A stretch of DNA of 64,000 bases from Nitrospirota bacterium (GTDB taxonomy: Bacteria > Nitrospirota > UBA9217). The stretch's first letter is position 1. Each line of letters starts with the position of its first letter. The translations under genes and the position numbers were made by a program. The notes under the pieces are model-generated. The model made no database searches, was not told the origin of the DNA, and saw only the letters and a list, made by a program, of their open reading frames with translations. The DNA lies in assembly GCA_963796285.1 (NCBI GenBank), contig CAWCKW010000012.1:1728001-1792000 (forward strand), in the 5' to 3' direction. This document shows positions 41,670-54,435 of this stretch, piece after piece.

Positions 41670-41957
41670 TCAGCCTTTGGACGGACACGTACCCGCGCAG
41701 GTACCCGCAGCACAGCCGGTTGCAGGCTTTGGCTCCTCTTTGGGTTTCTCCGAAGCATTTCCCGCCTTTCGGTCGTCCGACGGGTAATCCGACGCATACC
41801 AGCCACTCCCCTTAAGCACGAACGCCGGCGTGGAAAGTACCTTGTGGATATTCGGGGCATTGCACAACGCACATATGGTGAGATCTGGATCGCTGAATTT
41901 CCGGACAGCCTCAAAACGACCCCCACAGCTTCCGCATTTGTATTCATAAACCGGCAT
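41670..41957 (-). CDS. FmdB-family zinc ribbon protein
   Basis: MPVYEYKCGSCG..FE, CALC and LKGSGWYASDY motifs. Confidence 0.9.
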   Translation of the reverse strand: MPVYEYKCGSCGGRFEAVRKFSDPDLTICALCNAPNIHKVLSTPAFVLKGSGWYASDYPSDDRKAGNASEKPKEEPKPATGCAAGTCAGTCPSKG

Positions 41958-42230
41958 ATTACACCTCCACACAATGGAAAGAATTAGAACATGTATTATA
42001 AACAATGGGGCCAATAAAAACAAGCGTTTTCGAGGGATATAGCCTTTGCAGTGTTTTCAATGTGCCTTCCTTCGTGCCTTTGCGCCGTCGTGAGAACAGT
42101 TGACTTCATACGAGATCATTAACTATTTGACATCCTTGAAGGTTTAATCAGGAATCTGCTTTTCAGCCTTGGCGCAAACAGCGGTAGGAACTTGAGTCAA
42201 AAGGATACCCCATTTCTGCCTTTCCGCAAT

Positions 42231-43865
42231 TCAAAAAATTCTCACCCTATCCCCCACTCTTATCCCCGAGCCTGCCGCGGTCTCGATCACCCAGGCAGCA
42301 CGCTCAAAAGTAAAATAAAGATCCAGACTCCCCGGCTTGCAATTCGGATAAATCCGGACGACCTTGTTATCGGAATTGATAAATACAATATCGATCGGGT
42401 ATGCAACGCTTCCCATCCAGAACGTGGCGGCCTCGGGCGTCTCGAACTGAAAAAGTGCGGCCTCGTTGGCCCGCAACTGACGAAAACCCTGCAACCCTTT
42501 GGACCTGGTCTCCTCAGTATCGCAGGTCAGCACGATGTCGAACGCGCGTGAAGCAGCATGGGTATCTAGCGGCAAAACAATCGCCGTTAACTCTTTTCCC
42601 GACCTCTCCGTTGCAACGGCTTCAGCGCCGTTTGCCAGTTTGACTTCAAGTGCGAGCACGAGGATGCCGATCCCTATCGTCATGGCCGTGATCAGCGCTC
42701 CGACGCGGAGATACTCCATAAACCCGATCTCCACCCGTTTTCTGGCCTGCTGCACCACGATCAGGTTGGCAACGGAGCCGATGAGCGTCAGGTTCCCTGC
42801 CAGGGTACTGCTCATGGCGAGTGTAAGCCATACGGCCTGTCCGCTGCCGAGCGTTTGGACAAGGGGTTTAAGCAGCATCACGGCGGGCACGTTGCTCACG
42901 AGATTCGAGAGCATGATGGACACCGCGGACAACCCCGCGATCCTGCCCAGAGGCGAGAGCGCCGTCAGATCGCCTGCCTGTTCGATCATTGCCGCGGCCA
43001 GACCCGAGACCTCCACCCCGTGCATCACGACGAACAATCCGGAAAAGAACAGAAGAAGCGTCCAGTCCACGCCTTCGAGGACCCGCTCCGTGCTCACTTC
43101 TCCGATCAGCAGGAGCGCTACTGCGCCGGCTGCTGCAACGAGCGAATAGGGATATCCCAGCGAGAAGGAAACGAGGACCGCGCCACAGACCAGGAGCGCC
43201 TTCACGAGCAGCGGCTTGTTCACGCGATACTCCGGCATCCGGGGCCGGGATGGAAATGCGCCGGCCTTCATTTCTTTCCTGTACACAAGCCAGATGACCG
43301 CGACGCTCACCGCCAGTCCTGCTATGGCGATCGGGAAGAGCGCCCCCAGGAAAGACAGGTAAGGTATTTTCGAAGATATTCCGATGAGCATATTCTGCGG
43401 ATTGCCGGTCACGGTCATGACACTGCCAATGTTCGACGATGTGGCGAGCGCGAGGAGATAGGGCAGGGGATTCACTCCCAGCTGGATGGTCACCTCCAGG
43501 ATGATCGGCGTGTACAGCAGGCAGATCGTATCGTTCACAAACAGGGCGGACAGCAGGCCTGACGATATCACCACCAGGATGAGGAGCTGGAGCGGTGTTT
43601 TCGAAAACGAGAGCATCTTGTCCGCCATAAGTTCGAAGAACCCCGCAGTCCGGAGATAGACCGTGATGATCATCATCCCGAGGAGCAGCAGGAGGGTATG
43701 CATGTCGATGGCGCTAAAGGCCTGGTCCAGGGTGAGCACGCCGAGGACGACCATCAGCACCGCGCCCACGAGCGCGCCCGCGGGCCGGTCGATCTGCAGG
43801 CGAGGGATCTGGCGCAGGCCGATGAACAGGTAGGTGATTAAGAAAATGATGAGTGCCGTGACCAT
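42231..43865 (-). CDS. ArsB/NhaD/CitMHS-type anion transporter fused to a C-terminal DUF192 domain
   Basis: SALFVND, SNIGS..T.TGNPQN, SNLVSNVPA and GNLTLIGSVAN motifs, then RSKGLQ..LF.F...FWMGSVAYPIDIVF. Confidence 0.85.
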   Translation of the reverse strand: MVTALIIFLITYLFIGLRQIPRLQIDRPAGALVGAVLMVVLGVLTLDQAFSAIDMHTLLLLLGMMIITVYLRTAGFFELMADKMLSFSKTPLQLLILVVISSGLLSALFVNDTICLLYTPIILEVTIQLGVNPLPYLLALATSSNIGSVMTVTGNPQNMLIGISSKIPYLSFLGALFPIAIAGLAVSVAVIWLVYRKEMKAGAFPSRPRMPEYRVNKPLLVKALLVCGAVLVSFSLGYPYSLVAAAGAVALLLIGEVSTERVLEGVDWTLLLFFSGLFVVMHGVEVSGLAAAMIEQAGDLTALSPLGRIAGLSAVSIMLSNLVSNVPAVMLLKPLVQTLGSGQAVWLTLAMSSTLAGNLTLIGSVANLIVVQQARKRVEIGFMEYLRVGALITAMTIGIGILVLALEVKLANGAEAVATERSGKELTAIVLPLDTHAASRAFDIVLTCDTEETRSKGLQGFRQLRANEAALFQFETPEAATFWMGSVAYPIDIVFINSDNKVVRIYPNCKPGSLDLYFTFERAAWVIETAAGSGIRVGDRVRIF

Positions 43866-43948
43866 GGATCGCAGCTTACCTTTGATATGGTGTTGTTCGT
43901 TGAGAAGCTTTAGTGGGCACTGGATTCACTCTACCGGCGGCGTTCCGT

Positions 43949-45319
43949 TTATCCCACGACATCAAGCTCGCGAACGCGGAACCGGGCGCCAAGTTCATCA
44001 ACGATCTTTCGGCAGGCCTCGACATCCACACCCGGCGCCGATACGATGGTAGCGGTTACCTCAGGGATATACTTCGTGGCCTCGCGGATAAACTCCTTGA
44101 CCGCCTCATACGCGGGGGCGCCGAACTGCGGCTGGGAAAGCTTCTCATAGACCTCGGCGTTCTGGGCATTCAGGCTCACGCTCACGGCGTCCACAAGCCC
44201 GGCCAATTCCGGCAGCACGTTCCGCTTATGGATCAGGTTCGCATGGCCATTCGTGTCGACGCGCACCTTGCCTCCCCGTCGTTTCACCTCGGCAGCCACC
44301 GCCTTGATCACATCCAGCCGGAGCAGCGGCTCACCGTATCCGCAGAACACGATCTCGTCATATCGCTTCGGGTCCCCGATTTCCTTGATGAGCTCCGCAG
44401 CTGTCGGCTCTTCTCGCAGACGAAGGTTGTGCCCCTTCACAAAATCGGTGTGATAGCGGACGCAAAACGTGCAGGCAGAGGTGCACCGGTTCGTGATGTT
44501 CAGGTAGAGCGAGTTCCGTATGGGATAGGTGATCTGGCCGCGTTCGGGTATCGTACCCATGCCGAAGAGCTGCATGGCGTTAAAGCTCGTGATCCTGCCA
44601 ACATCGTCCAGCGTCAGTCCCTTGATCTTTGCAATGGCCTCGGCCGTATGGCGCACGAAGGCGGGCTCGTTCCTTTTGCCGCGCATCGGGACGGGTGAAA
44701 GATACGGGGCGTCCGTTTCGACCAGCAGGTGCTCGATCGGGACCTGGCGCACGACCTCTCGCAGGGCTTCTGCCTTGGGGAACGTGACCGGCCCCGCAAT
44801 GGAGATGAGGAACCCCTTCTCGATCAACGTTCTCGCCATCTCCATGTCGCCGGAGAAGCAGTGCATGACGCCGCCGAGTCCGGGCGACCACTCTTCAGAC
44901 AGGATCTGGAGCATGTCCTCATGAGCGTCGCGGTCATGAACGATGATCGGGAGCTTGAGCTCGCGCGCCTCGTGCAGCATGTCTCGGAATTTTCTTTTCT
45001 GGTCCGTGCGGGGTGAATGCTCGTAGTGATAATCGAGCCCGATCTCGCCGTAGGCCACGACCTTCTTGTGCTGCGCGAAGTGCCTGAGGATGTCGTAGGC
45101 GGGATGAAGGATGTCCTTCACTTCGTGGGGGTGGATGCCGATGGCGGCATAGATGAAATCATGCTTATCCGCGAGCATCACCGCGTCGCGGCATGACTCG
45201 ATGGTCGTGCCGATGGTGATGATATGTTCAACGCCCGCTTCGCGCGCGCGTTTGATCACGTCTTCGCGGTCGTCATTGAACTCGCGCATCTCTAAGTGCG
45301 CGTGGGTGTCGATCAACAT
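43949..45319 (-). CDS. tatD: TatD DNase fused to a TatD-associated radical SAM domain
   Basis: DTHAH, GIHPH, GEIGLD, HCFSG and ETDAPY motifs, then YLNITNRCTSACTFC and FCGYGEP. Confidence 0.93.
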   Translation of the reverse strand: MLIDTHAHLEMREFNDDREDVIKRAREAGVEHIITIGTTIESCRDAVMLADKHDFIYAAIGIHPHEVKDILHPAYDILRHFAQHKKVVAYGEIGLDYHYEHSPRTDQKRKFRDMLHEARELKLPIIVHDRDAHEDMLQILSEEWSPGLGGVMHCFSGDMEMARTLIEKGFLISIAGPVTFPKAEALREVVRQVPIEHLLVETDAPYLSPVPMRGKRNEPAFVRHTAEAIAKIKGLTLDDVGRITSFNAMQLFGMGTIPERGQITYPIRNSLYLNITNRCTSACTFCVRYHTDFVKGHNLRLREEPTAAELIKEIGDPKRYDEIVFCGYGEPLLRLDVIKAVAAEVKRRGGKVRVDTNGHANLIHKRNVLPELAGLVDAVSVSLNAQNAEVYEKLSQPQFGAPAYEAVKEFIREATKYIPEVTATIVSAPGVDVEACRKIVDELGARFRVRELDVVG

Positions 45320-45423
45320 GTCTGCAACTCACAACACGGTAAGGGCGGGTTTAAAATCCGTTCCTACACACTTTCTTTCTTGATTTTCATTCCGTATTCC
45401 GCACTCCGAAATCCGCAATCGGT

Positions 45424-47398
<1,975 letters not shown>

Positions 47399-47633
47399 GG
47401 TCTCGCTGTGCTCTTATTTTTCTTCCTACTCCCTGCTTCTAACTTCATAATCCGGACAAGCCGGAACCGGACAAATCATTTTCACGCATGACCGCAACTG
47501 GCCCAAAGGAAAGACTGTAAGTCTTGAATTAAAAGATTATCCTTTGTTTTTACCGATCTTTGCGGTCTTTGTTAATGGCCGCGCTTTCGCAGAGCAGGCT
47601 ACGGCTTTGCCGATATAAAGTTTTTCTCCCGCC

Positions 47634-48875
47634 TCAAGCGCTCCCCGGACCCTGTGGTTTGTTCTCGCCCTGCGACGGTCCCTTCTTTTTTCTGCGCCAG
47701 AACTTACGTTTTTTCTTCCTTGCGGACACTTCCCCATCCTGCTGCTCCGCTTTCTTTTCCTGTTCCGTGGGCTGCTGCTTTTCGGACTTCGGTTGCTGAG
47801 GCTCTCTGGGCTGCTCCGGCCTTGGCTGTTGTTTTTCGGATTTAGGCTGCTGACGTTCTCTTGGCTGCTCCGGCCTTGGCTGCTGCGCTTTCTTCTCCTG
47901 CTGCTGGTCTTTCTTCTTCTCGGGTCTGCCACCGCCCTTCTGGCCGCCTGCGCTCTGCTTGTCGCGCCGCTGGTCCTGCTGCTTGCGGTCCTCCTGGCGT
48001 CTTTTGTCCTCGGCAGCCCGGCTTTCGTCCGCCGCTTTCCGTTCCTCGGTGATCCGCAGCTCCTCTTCGGCCTTCTTGTCTTTCAACACGACCTCGCGCA
48101 TGGCCGCGAGGTCCTTCTTGTTCTCATCGTACATCTCGAACTCATAGGAAAGACAGCAGAGCAGCCTGCCGCACACCCCGGAGATCTTGGACGGATTCAA
48201 TACCATTTCCTGTTTTTTGGCCATCCTGATCGAGACCGGCTCGAAGTTCTTCAGAAACGACGAACAACAGAGCTCCCGGCCGCAGGGGCCGAACCCGCCG
48301 ATCATGCGCGCAACGTCCCGGACGCCCACCTGGCGCATCTCGATCCTGCTCTTGAGTTTGTGCGCCAGGTCCTTGACCAACTCCCGGAAGTCCACCCTGG
48401 TCTCGGAGAAAAAGAAAAAGGTGACGCGCGACGCATCGAAGGAATATTCCGCGCGGATCAGTCTCATCGGCAGTTCACGCTCGGCGATCATGGCCTGGGC
48501 AACGCTGAACGCCTCAGCCTCGCGCGCACGGTTTTTTTCATCTCGAGAAAGGTCATCTTCCGTGGCCTTGCGAAAGATCTTTCGAAGCCCTCGAGACGGC
48601 CTGGATGCCACAGGAGAAGAGGTTTCAGGCGGCGCAGTTTTTTCCTCGCCATCCATTGACATTTCTCCTTCCAACCCTGCCCGCGACGATGGGTCCACCG
48701 TGGGCGGCTCCTGCGACCTTCGCACGCGTACCACCTGAGCAACATCCAGGCCACGTTCGGAGTCGATGATCACCTTGTCACCCACGGCAACATCAATGTC
48801 CGTTGCATCGAAGTCGTACACCTTCCAATTAGCATGAAAACGTACACCGGCTATTTTTATCATAGTATCTGTCAT
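47634..48875 (-). CDS. ricT: RicT/YaaT (PSP1 domain) protein with a low-complexity tail
   Basis: RVDFRELVKDL, RIEMRQVGVRD, GPCGRELCC and SGVCGRLLCCL motifs. Confidence 0.93.
   Translation of the reverse strand: MTDTMIKIAGVRFHANWKVYDFDATDIDVAVGDKVIIDSERGLDVAQVVRVRRSQEPPTVDPSSRAGLEGEMSMDGEEKTAPPETSSPVASRPSRGLRKIFRKATEDDLSRDEKNRAREAEAFSVAQAMIAERELPMRLIRAEYSFDASRVTFFFFSETRVDFRELVKDLAHKLKSRIEMRQVGVRDVARMIGGFGPCGRELCCSSFLKNFEPVSIRMAKKQEMVLNPSKISGVCGRLLCCLSYEFEMYDENKKDLAAMREVVLKDKKAEEELRITEERKAADESRAAEDKRRQEDRKQQDQRRDKQSAGGQKGGGRPEKKKDQQQEKKAQQPRPEQPRERQQPKSEKQQPRPEQPREPQQPKSEKQQPTEQEKKAEQQDGEVSARKKKRKFWRRKKKGPSQGENKPQGPGSA
47770..47885 (-). repeat. 54-bp coding tandem repeat (two and a bit copies)
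   Basis: QQPRPEQPRERQQPKSEK / QQPRPEQPREPQQPKSEK / QQP. Confidence 0.8.
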
Positions 48876-48926
48876 CTGTTTTCTCTGTCCTGCCTTCTGT
48901 CTTCTGGCTTCTGACTTCTTATGTTC

Positions 48927-49908
48927 TCATCCTCTCCCGCACTTCAGAAGCAGGTTCTCCGCCACGAGCTGGGTGCTCACCCTCCGGTCCAGCAGGTTCC
49001 GGCTCATTAGGAAAAGGTCCATGTCCGCGAGAAGCCGTGGGAAGCGAATACCCGTCGGCCAACTCACGGTAGTGCTGCCGAGCGCGTGCATGAACGAGCA
49101 GGCGCTCTTCCCCGGTCTCACGATATACCAGCGCGTCACGGAGCCATTCGACGCCGATCTCGATCAGGCGTTCTAGCCGCTCGCGGTCCTTAGCAAGCGT
49201 ATCCGCAAGCGCAAGCGCCGCGCCGGGACCCATATGTGCCAGCCCGGACCAGAGCGTCGCAACCTCCTCCCGGGCAGCCTTTTCCTGTTCAAGGTCCATC
49301 TCAAGACCGCGGCCCATGCTTCCCTGCGCAAGCGCCGCGATAAACCATGCGTCTTCCTCCGGCAGTCCACGCTGGTGCATGAGTGCCCGGGCAAGCACGT
49401 TGCGAGGAAGCGGATGGAACATGATCTCCTGGCACCGCGAGCGGATGGTAGCAAGAAGGCTCTGCGGCATCGCGGTTATCAGAATGATCAGAGCATCGCC
49501 GGGCGGTTCCTCCAGTGTTTTCAGGAACGCGTTCGACGAAGCAGCGTTCATGCTCTCTGCATTGTCGACGATCAGGACCTTTTTCGTTCCCTCGAACGGC
49601 TTGAGCGCGAGATCAGACTGCACCTGCCTGATCTGGTCGATCTTTATCTCATCGCCGTCCGGGACCAGGACACGAACATCCGGATGGCCGAGCGTGTCAA
49701 CCTTGCGGCACGATGGGCACTCGCCGCACCCGCCCTCCGGTCGCGCATCCAGGCAGTTCACCGCGGCGGCAAGGGCAAAGGCTGTCTTCTTTTTGCCGAT
49801 CCCTGCCTGGCCCGAGAACAGGTAGGCATGGGCAAGGGTATTGTTCGCTATCGCCCTTTGCAATATTCGAATGGACTTTTCGTGGCCTTCTATCGTCGAA
49901 AACTTCAT
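48927..49908 (-). CDS. holB: DNA polymerase III delta' subunit (frameshift near the C-terminus)
   Basis: HAYLF, CGECPSC, HPD, NAFLKTLEEP and TIRSRC motifs. Confidence 0.95.
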
Positions 49909-50147
49909 AATTGATAAACTCAAGAGCGGTTACTATCATCCCTGGAACCACAAGGCAAGAATATTTCTGCAACAAAGACACCAAAACCCAGGAAAAGCAA
50001 AATACAGATGGCCCTACTTTTCGAGCAAGCGATACTGCTTCCCGCATGGATCTTAGCGCTTAAGTTCTAAGTGTGCCCCTCTTCTTGGCTATCGTGGCAA
50101 AGTTGGTTCCGGCTTGCCCGGACCGGCATTCCATCCATGCAACGTTC

Positions 50148-50795
50148 TTATTTTCCGCTTCGCAGCCTCTCGTCAACGATCTTCCTGACCTGTTCCTGAA
50201 CCGCCTCGGAGATCCCCGACGCGTCCACAATCCTGATGCGGTCCGGTTCCCGCGCGACCAGCTTCAAATATCCCTGCCTTACCCGATCGTGAAATACAAG
50301 CTCCTCGTTCTCGAACCGTGCCTCTGCTTCTAGTCCGAGGCTGTTATTCCTCCCTCGCGCGCGCGCAATCCCCATGCCGGCTTCGATATCAAACAGAATG
50401 GTCAGGTCGGGGCGCATCCCCGTGGTGACGATCCGGTCGAGGGAGCGTATCATCTCAATATCCAACCCCCTCCCGTACCCCTGGTAGGCGAGCGTGGCGT
50501 CCGAGAACCGGTCGCACAGGACTATCATGCCGTTTGCAAGCGCAGGCAGGATGATCTCACGCAGGTGCTGGGCCCTGCTCGCGGCGTACAGGAGGAGTTC
50601 CGCTGTGGGATCAAGCGACCGGTTCGCCGGGTCCAGCAGGATCTTCCTTACCTGGTCGCCGATCAACGTCCCTCCCGGCTCCCGGGTAAGCACGTTTCGT
50701 ATTCCTCTGGCAGAAAGATAGTTTGCGAGCAGCGCTATCTGGGTGGACTTGCCGGAACCTTCGATGCCCTCGAAGGTAATGAACGTTCCCGTCAT
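50148..50795 (-). CDS. tmk: Thymidylate kinase
   Basis: FEGIEGSGKST, TREPGG and CDRF..ATLAYQG motifs. Confidence 0.97.
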   Translation of the reverse strand: MTGTFITFEGIEGSGKSTQIALLANYLSARGIRNVLTREPGGTLIGDQVRKILLDPANRSLDPTAELLLYAASRAQHLREIILPALANGMIVLCDRFSDATLAYQGYGRGLDIEMIRSLDRIVTTGMRPDLTILFDIEAGMGIARARGRNNSLGLEAEARFENEELVFHDRVRQGYLKLVAREPDRIRIVDASGISEAVQEQVRKIVDERLRSGK

Positions 50796-52695
50796 CTATT
50801 TAAGCTCCATGACGGTATCACCCTCTGCGCTGAGCGAAGGGTTGGAGGTGAACAGGATGACCTGGGTCTTCGCACCAAGACCACGAAGGACCTGGCATGC
50901 GGCCTTCTGCCTCGCCGGATCCAAGTCCGCGAGGGGGTCGTCCAATATGAACGGAAGACGTCGTTTTCCGGCAAGCGCCTCGACAAGACCGGTCCTGAGA
51001 CAAAAGTATATCAAGCTTTTGGTACCGTGGCTCAGTCCCGAATAGTCCATTGCCGAGTCGTCTTTGGCATGCACGACGGGCCCGCCTTCATGGCCGGCCT
51101 CGATCCTAATATACTTGCCCGCGGTAATTGCAGCAAGGTTCCTCTGGGCCGCCGCCTCAACCGCCGGGATCAGCGTCTCCATCTCGATCCCTCCGATCCT
51201 GCTCGCGATGCCGATCTCTTCGAGAAACCCACCCCTGCCGCCCGCAATTGAGTCCGGGGAAAAAGCCGGCAGTTCTTGCGGCTCGGCGCCAAAATCCCAC
51301 GACACCCCGGCTGACGCAGCGGATGCCTCGGAGTCCAGCCGTTCGATATCCTGCCGGATACTGTACGTATCTATGTTATTCTGGGCGACCGCCAGCGCGG
51401 CTTTTTCCAGTTCCGCTGCCTCCAGCTGGCGTTGCTCATGCTGCTGCTGCAGATTTTCCAGGGTCAGATCTCCAAGGCTCCGCTGTCGTTGCTCTCCAAG
51501 ATCAGCCCCAAGGGAGAAAAAATAGCGGTAATTCTCGGCCTTTTCTTTGAGCTCGGCCGGTGACGAGGCGCGTGTCGAGCGAAGTGCGGCCGTTATGGTC
51601 GCCCCTTCCTGCTGAAAACGTTTTTCAAGTTCAGCAAGCGCTTTCTTCAGGTCTTCCTCTTCCCGTAACAAGTTTTTGCGCCGCACGTTCTTCCGGGAAT
51701 CGTTGTACCACGCTACGGCCATCAGTATAAGTGAAAGGAGGACGCCGAGGGGAAAGAGGAGTTTCAGGTCCTCCGTGAGCACGAACACACCGGCCAGGAT
51801 CGAGATGACTCCCACCGCCACTCCGGCGATGAACAACTTTTCGGCAAAAAATTCCCGGGTCGGTATCGCCGCACGCTGACTCTTGACCCCTTCAATCTGC
51901 TTGTTGAGTTCTTCGGCATCGACCAGCTTCTGGCCCTGACGCCGCTCATAGTCGTCAATAAGCCCCGCAAGGTCCTCGGGCAGTCCCTCGTATCCCTTGA
52001 GCGACGGCAAGCGTTGACCCTATCTCGGCCTTCTTCCTCTCGATCTCTTCAAGGGAGCCAATTTTTTTCTCGATCTCTTCCAGCGCGAGTTTGGCTGACT
52101 GGTACTTGTAATCGGCATCCGCGGCCTCTTCCGCTTTGCGAAGGGTCTCATGGAGTTCGGCAAGGCGCTCCCTGTCTGCGGAGGACTTCACCCCCGCAGG
52201 CGGACCAAGCAAACTCGGCGCCGGCTGCGGCGCTGCGGCCGAAGCGAGTGATCCCGTTCGGGCCGCATGATGCTCCCGCTGGAATATAAAAATTCTGGCA
52301 AAATCGTCCTCGGACATACCGGCGGTCATTCCGGCCATAAACTGCGCCGCGCTGTCCCAGTCCTTGTGAAGAAGGTCGAAGTCCCTGCTCGTCGCGTTGT
52401 ATTTGGAAAGGTTCACAGCGCGTTTTGAGAAATCCTGGATAATGCGGTAGTAGGTCCCTTCATCGGAACTTATCACAAGTGCCGCACGCGAGGCATCGGG
52501 CGCCTGTTTTGATATCAGCGTTGCGAGAAGTACTGTCTGGTTGCTTGGAAAAAGCAGACGCTGCAGGGAGTCTGCCGCCGTGGTCTTGCCCGCTTCATTG
52601 CCCGCAACGACGAAATTCAACCCGCCCTTGAATCGCAGGCGGGCAAGTTCCCGAATCCCACGTACACCCTGAAGAACAAGCTCCACCAGGAACAT
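50796..52695 (-). CDS. SMC/Rad50-like (YhaN-like) coiled-coil ATPase with TM segments (one frameshift near 52010)
   Basis: Walker A GNEAGKTT, coiled coils, central hydrophobic hairpin, signature LSHGT, Walker B ILDDP. Confidence 0.8.
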
Positions 52696-52771
52696 AAATA
52701 AGGCCCCTTTCCTCAATTAATTTGGTACTATAACGCAAGTGGCTAAAGTTGCAACAGGGAAAACTTCTCCG

Positions 52772-54298
52772 TCACAGCATCTCCAGCGCCTTCTTGAGCG
52801 CTTCGGCCTTCTGGAGGGTCTCGAAATATTCCTGCTCGGGAACGGAATCCGCAACGATCCCGGCCCCGACCTGAATGTGTGCCATACCGTCCTTTACCAC
52901 GAACGTCCTGATGATGATGTTCAGGTCCATGTCGCCGGCGTTCGACAGGTATCCGATGGAACCGGTATAAGGTCCGCGCGCCACGGGTTCAAGTTCATCG
53001 ATGATCTCCATGCACCGAACCTTGGGCACGCCGGTGATCGTCCCTCCCGGGAAAACGGCACGCACCAGGTCGAAGGCGTCCCGCCCCGGCGCCAGCACCC
53101 CCCTGACATTCGAGACGATATGAATAACATGGGAGTAATCCTCCACCACCATCATTTCATCGACCTGGACCGTACCGTACTCGCACACCCTGCCGAGGTC
53201 GTTCCGCTCGAGATCGAGCAGCATGATGTGTTCCGCCCGCTCCTTTTCGTTCATCAGGAGCTCCGCGGAAAGCGCGCTCGTTTCCGCGCCATTCCTTCCC
53301 CTTCTGCGAGTACCCGCTATCGGCCTCGTATCGGCGATATTTCTGTGGAGGCGAACCAGACGCTCGGGGGAAGAACTCACGAGCTGCAGGTCGCCGAAAT
53401 CGAGGTACGCTGCAAAGGGCGACGGATTGATGGTCCGCAGGATCTTATATAAACGAAGCGGGTCCGCATTGTTCATCGATGTCGAGAGCCGCTGGGACAG
53501 GTTCGCCTGATAGATGTCCCCTGCCGCGATATATTCCTTGCATTTCACGACCATTGACTCGAACTCGTCTTTCGTCATATTCGGTGTGAGGCTGAAACGC
53601 TGTTGAGCGTTTTTTTCAGGGAACAGTACGTCGCTCGTGTTGTCCTTTGCCGCGAACTTCGAACCCAGGGCCAAAAGCCTTGCCGCGGCCTCATCATAGA
53701 GCCTGCCCCACTGGTCCGGTTCCGGTTTCCGGAAGCCCATCTCCTGCTCCCGGGCGCCCGGATTGACGATCACCCACGCCTTGTCCAGGATATGATCAAA
53801 GGCAATTACCATATCCACAAACACGAAATACGCCTCGGGAATGTCGATATCGACCGGCGCCCGGCGCGGTAGTTTCTCGATCTGGTGCGCAAAATCGTAG
53901 GAAAAGAACCCCACAGCCCCTCCGGTGAAAGGCGGCAGACCGTCGGTCCGCGTTGTCCGGTAATTGGCAAGAAGCTCACGCAGTTTCACAAGCGGCTTCC
54001 GGTTCATGGACGCGCGCCTGCCGTATTTGCCCAAAGGCGTAGACGGCAGGCTGAGTTCCACGACATCCCCGCGGGACTTGAAAATAAGGTAGGGGTCCGC
54101 CGTAACAAACGAATACCGCCCGATCCTGTCGTTCATCCGTGCGCTTTCGAGAAGCACAGGATAGCCTTCCCCTCTGAGCGCCTCAAGCGCCGCAAGCGGT
54201 GTGAGCCCCGGCAGGTCGAGCTCGGCGGAAAGAGGTAGTATCTTCCCGGATTGAAGGGCTTCGAGGAATTCGTTTTTTGAGGGCTTGATCGTATCCAT
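52772..54298 (-). CDS. Chorismate-binding enzyme (anthranilate synthase component I / PabB family)
   Basis: LLESA, GDIYQANLS, NPSPF, SSSPE, PIAGT, AEHIMLLDLERND and FPGGTITGVPK motifs. Confidence 0.93.
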   Translation of the reverse strand: MDTIKPSKNEFLEALQSGKILPLSAELDLPGLTPLAALEALRGEGYPVLLESARMNDRIGRYSFVTADPYLIFKSRGDVVELSLPSTPLGKYGRRASMNRKPLVKLRELLANYRTTRTDGLPPFTGGAVGFFSYDFAHQIEKLPRRAPVDIDIPEAYFVFVDMVIAFDHILDKAWVIVNPGAREQEMGFRKPEPDQWGRLYDEAAARLLALGSKFAAKDNTSDVLFPEKNAQQRFSLTPNMTKDEFESMVVKCKEYIAAGDIYQANLSQRLSTSMNNADPLRLYKILRTINPSPFAAYLDFGDLQLVSSSPERLVRLHRNIADTRPIAGTRRRGRNGAETSALSAELLMNEKERAEHIMLLDLERNDLGRVCEYGTVQVDEMMVVEDYSHVIHIVSNVRGVLAPGRDAFDLVRAVFPGGTITGVPKVRCMEIIDELEPVARGPYTGSIGYLSNAGDMDLNIIIRTFVVKDGMAHIQVGAGIVADSVPEQEYFETLQKAEALKKALEML

Positions 54299-54382
54299 GG
54301 AAAGGTGGGGAAATTCTAAAGGCAATTCAGACGCGGGTCAAGATAATTCTCGAAAAAAAATTCCGCACAGTGGCGCAGAAAG

Positions 54383-54424
54383 TGGTATATTATAAATGAA
54401 TAAAGAATCATTGGTCTTTCTAAA
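54383..54424 (+). promoter_or_regulatory. Putative extended -10 promoter and boxA-like sequence upstream of the ncRNA
   Basis: TG-G-TATATT at 54383-54391; TGGTCTTTCTAAA at 54412-54424. Confidence 0.45.
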
Positions 54425-54435
54425 AAAGGTACATT

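Noticed and set aside
31816-43865. Arsenic-resistance system made of the ArsA-like ATPase and the ArsB-like permease
   Set aside because: The genes are about 10 kb apart, there is no arsR, arsC or arsD, and the ATPase lacks the duplicated domain and Cys metal site of true ArsA.
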